37,078 nt of DNA from a virus (taxonomy: Duplodnaviria; Caudoviricetes), in the IMG/VR virus record IMGVR_UViG_3300010155_000004, positions 1 to 37,078 of that record; one strand, given 5' to 3'. The translations under genes were made by a program, and so were the position numbers. Shown piece after piece: positions 9,564 through 18,497 of the stretch (the stretch's first letter is position 1; each line of letters begins with the position of its first letter). Below the pieces are notes generated by a model. The model saw only the letters and a program-made list of their open reading frames with translations, did no database searches and had not been told where the DNA came from.

Positions 9564-9607
9564 ATGCCCAGACTTCATCCCACTTTCATGGAATCAAGCC
9601 CGGACAT
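9564..9607 (-). other. Long RNA hairpin downstream of the major capsid gene
   Basis: Minus strand AUGUCCGGGCUU-G-AUUCCAU-GAAA-GUGGGAU-G-AAGUCUGGGCAU: 19 pairs including 5 G-U, GNRA loop, no long U tract. Confidence 0.7.
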
Positions 9608-9630
9608 TTTTAAGGGTTTACTGGATTAGA

Positions 9631-10596
9631 TCATCCACCACAATCAGCAACCAAACCATGGGCTGCTTCGTTGTCGACCTGGAGTCCACCTTCCCAAACC
9701 AAAAATGCTTCAGAAGCATCACCTGTCACCCCTTTTGTTGTCATTTCAAAGGGTCGAAGTTGAGCTAACTTGGCATATTCAGGGTTGATGATCCAAGTGT
9801 CTTTGGCCCTTTGGAAACGATTTGTGTGAACCTTATAGGTCCCGAAATCGCCAAAGTAGACACTGACGGTTGCATGAACTTCATCAGCTTTGCTTTGAGG
9901 AAGTGCAACAACTTGGGTTGATGATGCTCTACCTGAAAATGCTGAAACAAGCTGTTTACCGGCTGCATCGACCATGATCATGCTGGGTTGGTCCCCAGAA
10001 TTGTCATAGCATAACTTCAGTGCTGCCTTCAGAAGTGTTTCTGTAAGTGCCCTTGCAGTTCCATCATTACGTGCATCGGTTCCTACTGCAGTTGTTGGAT
10101 TCGTTCCATCAGATGCTTTGTCGACATTGGTGCTGATCCATGCACCCATTCCTGCAGTTGTTCTTGCAGTTGTTGCATCTGCAGAAGATTCATTCGAAGC
10201 CTGATTCAGAAGAACAAGGGTTTCGACATCCCTCTTCAGTGCCCTGGATGCAATTGCTGCCTGATGAGCCATGGCATCACTGACACCGGCCCGGTTCATT
10301 GCAGCTTGCGTGTTTGTGACAGCAAACGCCCTATACAGGATCTGAGTAATACTTGAAATCCGTGTGGTGTTGTTCGATGCTGATGCACTTATAGCATCTC
10401 CCTCTAATTGTGCAGTGGTGACCACTGAAGGAAGGGTTTCAATACTCCATTCGAATTTTGTATTGGAAACACTACGTTTTCCTATACTTGAAACAAATGG
10501 GGTTTCTTCTGGACTGATCAAAAATATATCATTTGATAAATCCTCACGTTGCCCGATAGCAGTAAACGTATCAAAGGCATTGGTTACTTTGGTCAT
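9631..10596 (-). CDS. Major capsid protein (DUF5309/SU10-like, HK97 fold)
   Basis: GQREDLS..I..ISPEETPF.S.IG, EW..E.L, EG, TQI, LKRDVE, DFG...V..NRF, LRPF and KG.TGD motifs. Follows the scaffold gene. Confidence 0.92.
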   Translation of the reverse strand: MTKVTNAFDTFTAIGQREDLSNDIFLISPEETPFVSSIGKRSVSNTKFEWSIETLPSVVTTAQLEGDAISASASNNTTRISSITQILYRAFAVTNTQAAMNRAGVSDAMAHQAAIASRALKRDVETLVLLNQASNESSADATTARTTAGMGAWISTNVDKASDGTNPTTAVGTDARNDGTARALTETLLKAALKLCYDNSGDQPSMIMVDAAGKQLVSAFSGRASSTQVVALPQSKADEVHATVSVYFGDFGTYKVHTNRFQRAKDTWIINPEYAKLAQLRPFEMTTKGVTGDASEAFLVWEGGLQVDNEAAHGLVADCGG

Positions 10597-10605
10597 TATG
10601 ACCTC

Positions 10606-11526
10606 CTATTTAAACATGTTTTTGAAAAGTGATTCTGCATCCTTCATGGACCCAGATTTAGCCAGTTTCATTCTGGATTTTGCTAATTGGGTATGTTGCC
10701 TTGGCTGCTGTTGTGCAGATCCTGGTGCAACAGGTCTGATCCCTTCTGGAACCTGACGGATTTTGGATTGGCCTTTCGTCATTGCTTGATGGGCTTTCCA
10801 GCCATGTCTTAGTGCAATTACTGCCCTTGCATCACTGATGTTTTGGACTTCTGAATCATGCCATCCCAAACTCTTAGCATATTCCCGTATACCGGCTTTT
10901 TCTTGTTGAGCTACTTGTGGATCTCTCCATTCTGGAATTGCATCAACTAATGCAGCAGACTGTTGCTGAAGATGTGCCTGTTGATTTTGGGCATATTCCT
11001 GCTGTTGTCGGTACTGTAATTGTTGTTGCTCCAGTTGAAGATTCTGCAGTTGGTCTTTCCTGTCCCGGAAATTTTCCTTCTGCTTCATCCATTCCAGTGG
11101 ATCATTCTCATAGAGTTGATTCCAATCTGGTTCTGGCTCATTCTGTTGCTGACTCAAAATCTGATTCAGGTTTTGGGAATAATGTTCCCGTTCCTGTCTC
11201 AATGCCTGTTGCTCTGCTTCAAATGCTTTGCGGTCTTCGGCTAATTTTTGAGTTGAGCGTGTGAAGTGGGATTGTCTTTGGTATCCTTTGAGAGCTTCAT
11301 CAAGGGTGACCTCATGCTGCTCACCATCAATTTGAACTTGATAGTAAGGTACTTCAGGTTCCTGTTCTGCTTCTTGGGTTTCCTCTGAAATTTCCTCTTC
11401 TATTTCCGGTTCTGTATCCTGTTGAAGATCTTCACCGGCATCACTTTCCAGTTCTTGTTGAGTGTCGGGTTCACCGGACAACATTTCCTGAAAACGACCT
11501 TCGACTTGTTGGAGTCCATCAGACAT
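10606..11526 (-). CDS. Capsid scaffolding protein
   Basis: Acidic N-terminus, V.IDGE..EVTLDE..KGYQRQ..FTR.TQ.LAE.RK, coiled coil, PDW..L...DP and IPEW.D motifs. SD AGAAAGGAG. Confidence 0.9.
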   Translation of the reverse strand: MSDGLQQVEGRFQEMLSGEPDTQQELESDAGEDLQQDTEPEIEEEISEETQEAEQEPEVPYYQVQIDGEQHEVTLDEALKGYQRQSHFTRSTQKLAEDRKAFEAEQQALRQEREHYSQNLNQILSQQQNEPEPDWNQLYENDPLEWMKQKENFRDRKDQLQNLQLEQQQLQYRQQQEYAQNQQAHLQQQSAALVDAIPEWRDPQVAQQEKAGIREYAKSLGWHDSEVQNISDARAVIALRHGWKAHQAMTKGQSKIRQVPEGIRPVAPGSAQQQPRQHTQLAKSRMKLAKSGSMKDAESLFKNMFK

Positions 11527-11551
11527 GGTTGCTCCTTTCTAAAATGAAGGT

Positions 11552-11827
11552 TTAAGATTTTTGGCGTTTTTTCACTTTATCCAAATGGTTGCGGTGAAAT
11601 TGGCCACGTTGCAATATAACTGATAAATGTCTTCGAAACTCTGCTGATGCCCAAAGTAGTTGCCACATCGATTCACGGGCATCGACATCTTCTGGGTTTG
11701 TGTCTCTCCATGCTTCGAAATAATTCTTTTCAAGTGTTTCAAAAGTTTCACTGACAAGCGGATCTGCTAGGATTGCTTTGGCATGTTCTGCTTTTTTGAT
11801 TGCTTCTTGGGCTGTTGGTTCTGTCAT
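11552..11827 (-). CDS. Small conserved head-module protein
   Basis: A..IL.DPLV.E.F..LE......W..T...D...RE..W pattern, of the type usually directly downstream of portal. Confidence 0.7.
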   Translation of the reverse strand: MTEPTAQEAIKKAEHAKAILADPLVSETFETLEKNYFEAWRDTNPEDVDARESMWQLLWASAEFRRHLSVILQRGQFHRNHLDKVKKRQKS

Positions 11828-13998
11828 TGGTTTCTTTCATCGTAAAGTAATGGTGCAGCAATGGCCGGTGGGATTAAACCCCAATATGCTAATTGAGATG
11901 GTCCACCTGGAACCTGTCTGGTTGGCCCAAATTTGGGATCAACCTCAACACCTTTTGGTAATCTCTTTTGTGGTTCACCTTTTTTCGCTAATGTTCGTCC
12001 TGGTCCCAAAAACCCATGTTTCTTATATACTTCTCTTACACTCATGAACTGATCTAGATTCATCCTTGGTAAATACTGTAAACCTGGAAACATTGCTTCA
12101 TGGGGTGAAAGCCGGTGTCTCATAGGGTCCCATGCACCCCACTGTTGGTTATACATACCCCTACCCTTACCGGCTATAGATGCAACAGTATCCAGTGCTT
12201 CTTTATAGTTGTCTGGCATTGACTCTACATACTTCGGTTCTTTAATCCATTTGACTTTCTTTAAATAATTTGGAATATCTGGGTTAATCTTCCCGTTTGC
12301 CCGTCTGTAGATCATCCTTTTCTTAGTCTTAGAACCGGGTGCTTGTTTTTTAGCTTGATTCAGGCCGACATTCCCGATGTAACTATATGATCCTGGTTGA
12401 CTTTGGAGATCAACAAAATCTCTAACTGGTTGTGCTGTTTGTATTGGTGGGTTGCCAGATGCAATATCCCGGTTCCATTTATCTACTAGGAATTTCTTTG
12501 ATGCATTTGCACCACTACTGTTTGAATTACGTAACCATAAAACCACAATATGTCTGTCAACTGGTGCAACTTGGGCACCCATTGTGTCCTGCCACACACC
12601 CGAAAAGGATGATGTTTTAAAGCTCAGACCATCAATTTGAGTCGATATTCTTTCAGAATATTCAACCCATGTTTCTTTAGAGCTTTTCCTGAACCATTTA
12701 GGTTTGTCTTTGAACATCTGTGCGAATTCAGCAATCCTTGAATAGTCTTGTGTCCCAACAAATCCAAGTTGGCCTTTACCAATTCCTAATTTTGATCCAG
12801 CCTTTTTACTGTAATATGCTCTTATAGCTTCTTCTTTGTTCTTTTTTATAGGGGTGCCGTCTGCTGATGTCACTAGTTCACCATCAGGACCCCTGATTGT
12901 TGATTCTCTTCCTGGAATTCCTTTATTTGGATTGGGTGCTTGATATGGGGTTCCTGTAAAACCGGCATCATTGAAAACCCTGTCCGCATTAAAATCATCA
13001 TACTTCCATGGAACCATCTCACCAAAATCCTTAATATCTTTCATGGATGTTGCCCTAACCTTGCCCACTGCCATCAGGTTTGGAGTCAATTTATTCTGTG
13101 GTGATGTTAGTCCAAACATAAATTGAGTGAAGATCTGTTGGTCAGTCATCTGCTTTTGGGATGGTTGGACCGATCTCATCATTTTGTCATGAATCTTCCA
13201 GTAGTCTGTTGGTTTTTTAAACATCGACTTGTTACCGGGTGTGAACCATTCAGGACCAATATCAATGCCCTGTGAATTAATGAAATGCATATCGTAGTAT
13301 GTGAACTTTCCATCAATTCCACCGGGTATTTTTAGAGTTGATCCATCCCTCATTTTATATTCGACTATAGAATTCAACCAATCCTTTTGGTTCTTGGGTC
13401 CAAAGTCATCAACACCAAAAGTTTTGCCAAAGTTATGGAAATCTTCACCGGTCCAATTACTAGGTTCTTTACCTTGAAACGTGAGTGGCACATCAGACCC
13501 ATACTTAAAAGATCCGGTTACTTCAGGTGGTCTGTCTAATAAAACACCCGGTGGTTGTTTCATACCGAATGTTTCAGGCATAGGCAGCAGACCTGCTGGG
13601 GTGGTCCTAGTTTTGTTTAATGCATTCTTAGCAAGCCTTGCAACATCAATGGGTGCTGATGCTAACGTGCCTAATGCGCCTAATGCTGGAAGTGCTGCAT
13701 CTGCTGATTCCAGTCCAGACCAAATCGTTGATGCTGCTGCTTCAGGGTATTGTCCTTCCTGGAATTGCTGTTGTGCATTCTCCCATTCCTGTGCCGACCT
13801 AAGTGCTGACCTTCGTTGACCTTCGACTGGGGTCATATCCTTTGCCAAACCAACCAAACCCTGTTGAACTGCAGGACCTGCATCCTGTGGAAGTGTTGTG
13901 TTCCAGGTGTTTGCTCCCATCCAATCTGTGATGTCATCCCAGATGGTTGGGGCACTGCCTTGTGTTAAGACAGATCGATTACGGTCATACGTGGTCAT
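11824..13998 (-). CDS. Large protein with an HhH-GPD DNA glycosylase-like domain, inserted in the head module
   Basis: 724 aa. Motifs GLTSPQN, GLSFKTSSF (HhH), VAPVDRH (catalytic Asp position) and QQWGAW. Low-complexity N-terminal leader. ATGA overlaps at both ends. Confidence 0.6.
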   Translation of the reverse strand: MTTYDRNRSVLTQGSAPTIWDDITDWMGANTWNTTLPQDAGPAVQQGLVGLAKDMTPVEGQRRSALRSAQEWENAQQQFQEGQYPEAAASTIWSGLESADAALPALGALGTLASAPIDVARLAKNALNKTRTTPAGLLPMPETFGMKQPPGVLLDRPPEVTGSFKYGSDVPLTFQGKEPSNWTGEDFHNFGKTFGVDDFGPKNQKDWLNSIVEYKMRDGSTLKIPGGIDGKFTYYDMHFINSQGIDIGPEWFTPGNKSMFKKPTDYWKIHDKMMRSVQPSQKQMTDQQIFTQFMFGLTSPQNKLTPNLMAVGKVRATSMKDIKDFGEMVPWKYDDFNADRVFNDAGFTGTPYQAPNPNKGIPGRESTIRGPDGELVTSADGTPIKKNKEEAIRAYYSKKAGSKLGIGKGQLGFVGTQDYSRIAEFAQMFKDKPKWFRKSSKETWVEYSERISTQIDGLSFKTSSFSGVWQDTMGAQVAPVDRHIVVLWLRNSNSSGANASKKFLVDKWNRDIASGNPPIQTAQPVRDFVDLQSQPGSYSYIGNVGLNQAKKQAPGSKTKKRMIYRRANGKINPDIPNYLKKVKWIKEPKYVESMPDNYKEALDTVASIAGKGRGMYNQQWGAWDPMRHRLSPHEAMFPGLQYLPRMNLDQFMSVREVYKKHGFLGPGRTLAKKGEPQKRLPKGVEVDPKFGPTRQVPGGPSQLAYWGLIPPAIAAPLLYDERNQ

Positions 13999-16160
13999 TG
14001 AGGTGGGCCTTGGGATGGTGTTTGAGGTGGCATTTGAGGTGGACCTTGGGGTTGCATCTGTTGTTGCATCTGCATCTTTGCCATTTCAGTTTGTTGACGG
14101 TTCACTTCCCGGTCCCTTTCCATCATGGCTTTGATGTTGGCCTGATCAATTGTGGTGTTGTGTTTCGACTCCAGTTCTGAAATCTTCAACTGTAATTCTG
14201 CTTCGAATTGATCACGTTTTATGTCTTCCTCCCTAAGCATCTTTTCCCGGTCCAGTTCAAGCTTTGCCTGATCATTGATCATGTCTGATTGAACCTTTGC
14301 CATTTGGGCCTGAACAAACAGTTCATCAGGACTTGGTTTGGGTTCTTCAGGGGGTGGAGGTTTATAGTTTGCCGGATCTGAAAAGAACTGATTCACATCC
14401 TTATATCCACCTAAATTCAACATCTTTCCAAGGGTCTGATAATACTGTCTAAGATTGACTAATGGACCTTCTGGACCCATTTCCTTGATCAGTTGTTCCT
14501 GCTTTTGAAGCATCGTTGAAAGGACTGTCAATTTTTCTGCATCTGTTCCACCACCCAATGGAATGTCAACCATCACATCCATATTTGAATCCCAGTGACG
14601 GGGGTCCATTGGAACCCATTGGTTGCGTAATCGGATTACTTTTGCCCTGTCCTGATATCTGCAAACCAGTCCCAGAACACCCTTATACAGTGGCTTGAGT
14701 GCAGTTTCTGCAAAGATCCTGGCCAGCAATTCCATGTGTGCTTGTGCTGCCTTAAATGTTGCTTCGATGGCAGCCCGGCTTGATGACTGCAGACTTTCTG
14801 CATCCATTCCCTGTGATTGTTTGGTGATGCCTGTACGACTGGATTTGATTTCATCAAGCAGACCCAAAATTGGAAGTGCTTGCTGTCCTACAAATGGCAT
14901 TGAAAGTTGAGTCACTGCTGCAGGATTCCTGGCTCTTATAATTCCACCTGGTTCCGTATTCATGACATCTTCAAGGGAGCATTGTCCCTCTATGGCCAGC
15001 AATCTGGGTGTGACTGCCATGGACAAACTTTCCATGACATTTCTCAAAATATAGGACTTAATTCTTTGTATGTCTGCAACGATGTCTGTGATTGAAGATC
15101 CAACAGCAGCATGTGGTTCAGGATCTGGTGTCATCAGAACAAATGGTTTGTAATCACATGGTTCGTTGATAATTACATGATGCTTGTTTCCAACACAAAT
15201 GAATCTACGTAGTTCAGAAATGCCGTCCTGATCCACATCCAGATTCATGAAACATTCGATATACAGGACCTTCCTGGATGCCGGTTCTACGTTTGTTGGA
15301 CCTCTATTGTGTGCTTCAGTGTGTCTGCTGACCCATTCATTGTTGACATCGAATTCATCATCAGTTCCAGCATATTCTTCAAGTTCTTCAATGTCATGAC
15401 CAAGTGCCTGGAGTTCTGAAAGGGTTTTGAAGGATCGGTGTCCTACAACTGCTGCTTCATCAATGTTCTTTGCTCTACGATCAATGATGAATTCTTCAGG
15501 TGGCAGTGCTTCAACCCGGATTCGGCCAGAATTGGTTCGTCTTTTGATTGTTGCATCATAAAGGGGTTGCCCACCGTCCCCTTCTAGTTGGAATGCGTCC
15601 ACCCCTTCGACACCATCAGCACCGGCCAGATGTTGCAATTGTGCTTCATCCAGCCCGGTATACTTCGATGTTGAAACATCTTCAGATTTTTCGTACCAGT
15701 ATTTCAGGACACCAGTTCTTTTGATCAGTGCATCCTTAAATGCAGCAAAGAAATGACTGAAAGAATTATTGTTTTCTTCAAGGATGATGTGGTTGACATA
15801 GTCAGTGGCTTGTTCTGCCATTGCCACATCTTCAGGTCCCCTTGGCGTAAATTGCATGATCTGCTTTGAACCAAAAAAGGTCCGCATCAGAACAGGCATT
15901 ATTGAATTTACGGTGTCCCTGACATCGTAGCTGACAACGGATGATCGACCATCTTCATCCTGTTTGGGAAGGTCCCCTGAATAGTATTCAGTGGATGTGA
16001 CCCTGTCTTCGGATAACTCATCAACGTAGTCGATTGCATCATCAAGCAGGTGCCCAACATAGGCATCTACTTCGGTTTCATCCATGGGTTCATCACCATC
16101 GAATTCGGCTGGAACCCCGGATTCATAACCTGATTCTTCCGGTATTTCTTCTGCTGACAT
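13995..16160 (-). CDS. Portal protein
   Basis: 721 aa. EYYSG, GRSSVVSYDVRDTV..IMP.LMR.F, AEQATDYVN, FKDALI...G..K, PPEEF and Q.IK...LRN motifs. Gln/Pro-rich C-terminal barrel. Confidence 0.95.
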   Translation of the reverse strand: MSAEEIPEESGYESGVPAEFDGDEPMDETEVDAYVGHLLDDAIDYVDELSEDRVTSTEYYSGDLPKQDEDGRSSVVSYDVRDTVNSIMPVLMRTFFGSKQIMQFTPRGPEDVAMAEQATDYVNHIILEENNNSFSHFFAAFKDALIKRTGVLKYWYEKSEDVSTSKYTGLDEAQLQHLAGADGVEGVDAFQLEGDGGQPLYDATIKRRTNSGRIRVEALPPEEFIIDRRAKNIDEAAVVGHRSFKTLSELQALGHDIEELEEYAGTDDEFDVNNEWVSRHTEAHNRGPTNVEPASRKVLYIECFMNLDVDQDGISELRRFICVGNKHHVIINEPCDYKPFVLMTPDPEPHAAVGSSITDIVADIQRIKSYILRNVMESLSMAVTPRLLAIEGQCSLEDVMNTEPGGIIRARNPAAVTQLSMPFVGQQALPILGLLDEIKSSRTGITKQSQGMDAESLQSSSRAAIEATFKAAQAHMELLARIFAETALKPLYKGVLGLVCRYQDRAKVIRLRNQWVPMDPRHWDSNMDVMVDIPLGGGTDAEKLTVLSTMLQKQEQLIKEMGPEGPLVNLRQYYQTLGKMLNLGGYKDVNQFFSDPANYKPPPPEEPKPSPDELFVQAQMAKVQSDMINDQAKLELDREKMLREEDIKRDQFEAELQLKISELESKHNTTIDQANIKAMMERDREVNRQQTEMAKMQMQQQMQPQGPPQMPPQTPSQGPPQ

Positions 16161-16242
16161 GCGAAAGATTGTAGCAGATTCAAGGGGTTACACCGGTGCT
16201 GTCAAAAAAATTAAAAAAAATGTACTTTCTTCATAAATAGTG

Positions 16243-16271
16243 TTGACATTACCCATTGGGTAATATAATCT
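16243..16271 (+). promoter_or_regulatory. Sigma70-type promoter with a palindromic operator in the spacer
   Basis: TTGACA at 16243-16248. TATAAT at 16264-16269 (15-bp spacer) or TAATCT at 16266-16271 (17 bp). Perfect palindrome ATTACCCA-T-TGGGTAAT at 16248-16264. A-tracts upstream. Confidence 0.85.
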
Positions 16272-16311
16272 ATAAATCCAGTCAACAAAACCCTGAAACG
16301 GAAAGGCAAAT

Positions 16312-16479
16312 ATGTTTAGAGAAAGAAATTGGGATGAGACAGTCGAACAGTATGAAGCTAATCAAGAGCATCAAAATATGATTGAGATGCAGAAAATTGC
16401 GGATCGGATTTATGATGCTGGTTGGGTTGGTGGAGTTCCTGAAGATATTCTGGATGAAGTTTATTATACATCATTTTAA
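16312..16479 (+). CDS. Small acidic protein (55 aa), not in the ORF track
   Basis: MFRERNWDETVEQYEANQEHQNMIEMQKIADRIYDAGWVGGVPEDILDEVYYTSF. Preceded by GAAAGGCAAAT, the same leader as the next ORF. Confidence 0.75.
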   Translation: MFRERNWDETVEQYEANQEHQNMIEMQKIADRIYDAGWVGGVPEDILDEVYYTSF

Positions 16480-16482
16480 TTA

Positions 16483-16546
16483 GCCGAAACACCCCTTCGG
16501 GGGTGTCCATCAGGATTGATCCCCTGATGCTGATGATGGCAGATCC
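16483..16546 (+). ncRNA. Hammerhead ribozyme, type II
   Basis: GCC-GAA-ACACCCC(TTCG)GGGGTGT-C-CATCAGG(ATTGATCC)CCTGATG-CTGATGA-T-GGC. All core nucleotides are present, with a GUC cleavage triplet at 16505-16507 and a GATC/GATC loop-tail pseudoknot. Confidence 0.88.
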
Positions 16547-16570
16547 ATTTAATTATTCAGAAAGGCAAAT

Positions 16571-16804
16571 ATGGACCCCAGAACAAAAGTGATACCAACA
16601 GGTTCACCGGTGTTGATCCACTACAACAACAATCAGGATTCCAGGAAAGTGTTCCTGGATCATCCACATTTCTTTGATCCAAAGGATATGGAATACTCCA
16701 TGCTTTTCAAATCCTGGTCAGTGACCAACATCAGCAAATCGGTCTATTCCTATGAAGTAGATCCTAAATATGTCAAGGACAGGAAATTGATGGAAGTAGC
16801 ATGA
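16571..16804 (+). CDS. Hypothetical protein (77 aa)
   Basis: RBS CAGAAAGGCAAAT. ATGA overlap with the HTH gene. Confidence 0.75.
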   Translation: MDPRTKVIPTGSPVLIHYNNNQDSRKVFLDHPHFFDPKDMEYSMLFKSWSVTNISKSVYSYEVDPKYVKDRKLMEVA

Positions 16805-17130
16805 AACCAATGACTGATCTGAAAAGAATCAGGACTGATCTGGGACTCAACCGGGCTGAAATTGCCCGGAAATGCAGGGTTCCTTATAGAACCTGGATCA
16901 AATGGGAGGATGGGGAAAGAAGGACACCAGAATATGCATGGGTTCTTCTGGCATGGTACATGATGGGTTCAGGTTCAATTCAGTTTGAATTGGAGTACCT
17001 TGAAAAGCTGATGAAGGATCAGAAACTGTTTGATGGACTAACTGCAGTCAAACTGATCCAGGAAAGCATCAAACAATCTGAACATTACGTTTCAAGGCCT
17101 GATTCCATGGTTGAGACATCCCTGAAATAA
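16801..17130 (+). CDS. XRE-family HTH regulator (Aca-like)
   Basis: LKRIRTDLGLNRAEIARKCRVPYRTWIKWEDGERRTP. Last gene of the small operon; converges on and overlaps the terL 3' end. Confidence 0.85.
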   Translation: MKPMTDLKRIRTDLGLNRAEIARKCRVPYRTWIKWEDGERRTPEYAWVLLAWYMMGSGSIQFELEYLEKLMKDQKLFDGLTAVKLIQESIKQSEHYVSRPDSMVETSLK

Positions 17131-18493
17131 TCCCGACTGTATTGCTGAATGTCAGCACAAAACTGTCTGCAAAGTCTGGGCTGCCCCTATGGCCCAGTCT
17201 TTTTTTCATTTCATCCTTTGATTCCAGTTTGATTCTTCCGGTGCTGTCATACGTATAACGTGGACTGCAAAGCTCAAACATCAGTCTGTTGTCCCTTGGA
17301 ATCTTACAGTGCTTCTTTTCAAACCAATCCTTTGCTTCATGCCACAATTCGGCCCTTAGATTCTTATAGAGCCCACTGAGTGATGCAGATTCACCGGTGT
17401 TGATGCCCTGAACCGGCAGCCCTAATTCAAGCCCTCTATCAACGATTGCTGCACCTATTCCAATTACATCACAACAAATGGCTTTAGGTTGTTTCAAGTC
17501 TTCACATGCTTTGTCATATTCCTTTGAAACTGCACCCATTAGCTGCATTGTGTCCAGCTTTGCCCATGATTTGATTGGTTCCATGACAGTGTTTCCCTGT
17601 CTTTTGCAAAGTGCTGAACGGTCTTGGCCAAAGCGTGCAATGTCCAAACCCCATATGATGGGACCTTCTGATGGTTCCACATCCCGGTCGACTGCACTTT
17701 CAATCAATGCATTTGAAATCAAAGTATCATCTGCAGTTTCAGGAAATTCACCAAGAACCCTGATCCTAAAAGTATTGGAATCCCTGCCATACCGGTCTTC
17801 CATTTCCTGGATGTAATCTTTACTGACCCTCAATGAATCTTCACAGGAAACTGTCATTGTGTACCATTTATCTGATAATCGGCCAAATGCATCAAAAAAG
17901 AATCCTTCAGGACGGGTAGGATTTCCCAAACACACCAAGGTTGCATCATCTGCTGATAATGAGCCACCGGCTGCATCTATCACTGAATTGTCAATTGAAG
18001 ATGCTTCATCAATAATTAAAAGAACCCTGTCTGAATGGGTGCCCTGAAGACTTTCTGGGGTTTCCTTTCGACTGGTACGACAACTAATGAATGATCCACT
18101 GGGGTCTGATTTGAGTGTGATCCGGTCTGAATAGGTTTCAAAAAGATTCTTCAAAACCGGTGGCAGCCTTATCATTTGACTCTTCAATTCTGCAAAGAGT
18201 GCATCAAATAATTGGCTGCTGGTAGGTGCTGTTATGACTGTCTTTTGAGGATAAAAACAGATGATGTTATGGATTGCAATCCAGGCTGCACATGTCGATT
18301 TTCCGACACCATGACCTGATTTTGCTGCACATAACCTTCTACCAGATTTCGGATTGAAATCATTTTTGGGCAAGGCTGCTTCCATCAAGGTTGCTTGCCA
18401 CTGGTCAGGGGTCTGCTTTAGTACATCACGTACAAATTCAACAGGTCGATGCCTATATCGACCAATAAAGTCAATAAATGTCTTTTCTGCCAT
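17069..18493 (-). CDS. terL: Terminase large subunit
   Basis: Walker A SGHGVGKS, TAPT..QL, LQG.H, Walker B LIIDEA, GNPTR, and nuclease motifs GLDIARFG.D and SPD.ADS. Confidence 0.97.
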   Translation of the reverse strand: MAEKTFIDFIGRYRHRPVEFVRDVLKQTPDQWQATLMEAALPKNDFNPKSGRRLCAAKSGHGVGKSTCAAWIAIHNIICFYPQKTVITAPTSSQLFDALFAELKSQMIRLPPVLKNLFETYSDRITLKSDPSGSFISCRTSRKETPESLQGTHSDRVLLIIDEASSIDNSVIDAAGGSLSADDATLVCLGNPTRPEGFFFDAFGRLSDKWYTMTVSCEDSLRVSKDYIQEMEDRYGRDSNTFRIRVLGEFPETADDTLISNALIESAVDRDVEPSEGPIIWGLDIARFGQDRSALCKRQGNTVMEPIKSWAKLDTMQLMGAVSKEYDKACEDLKQPKAICCDVIGIGAAIVDRGLELGLPVQGINTGESASLSGLYKNLRAELWHEAKDWFEKKHCKIPRDNRLMFELCSPRYTYDSTGRIKLESKDEMKKRLGHRGSPDFADSFVLTFSNTVGIISGMSQPWNQALKRNVQIV

Positions 18494-18497
18494 TATT

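Noticed and set aside
14845-14875. GLLD in the portal protein as part of the cargo tag
   Set aside because: It lies in the folded core of the portal, not in a disordered terminus. It is probably coincidental and shows that the motif can arise by chance.
102-15095. Numerous plus-strand ORFs of 60-146 aa in the ORF track
   Set aside because: They are antisense shadows of well-supported minus-strand genes, with no recognisable motifs.
17008-17030. Second hammerhead (CTGATGA...GAAAC)
   Set aside because: No stem II can form, no flanking stems were found, and it lies within the HTH coding sequence.
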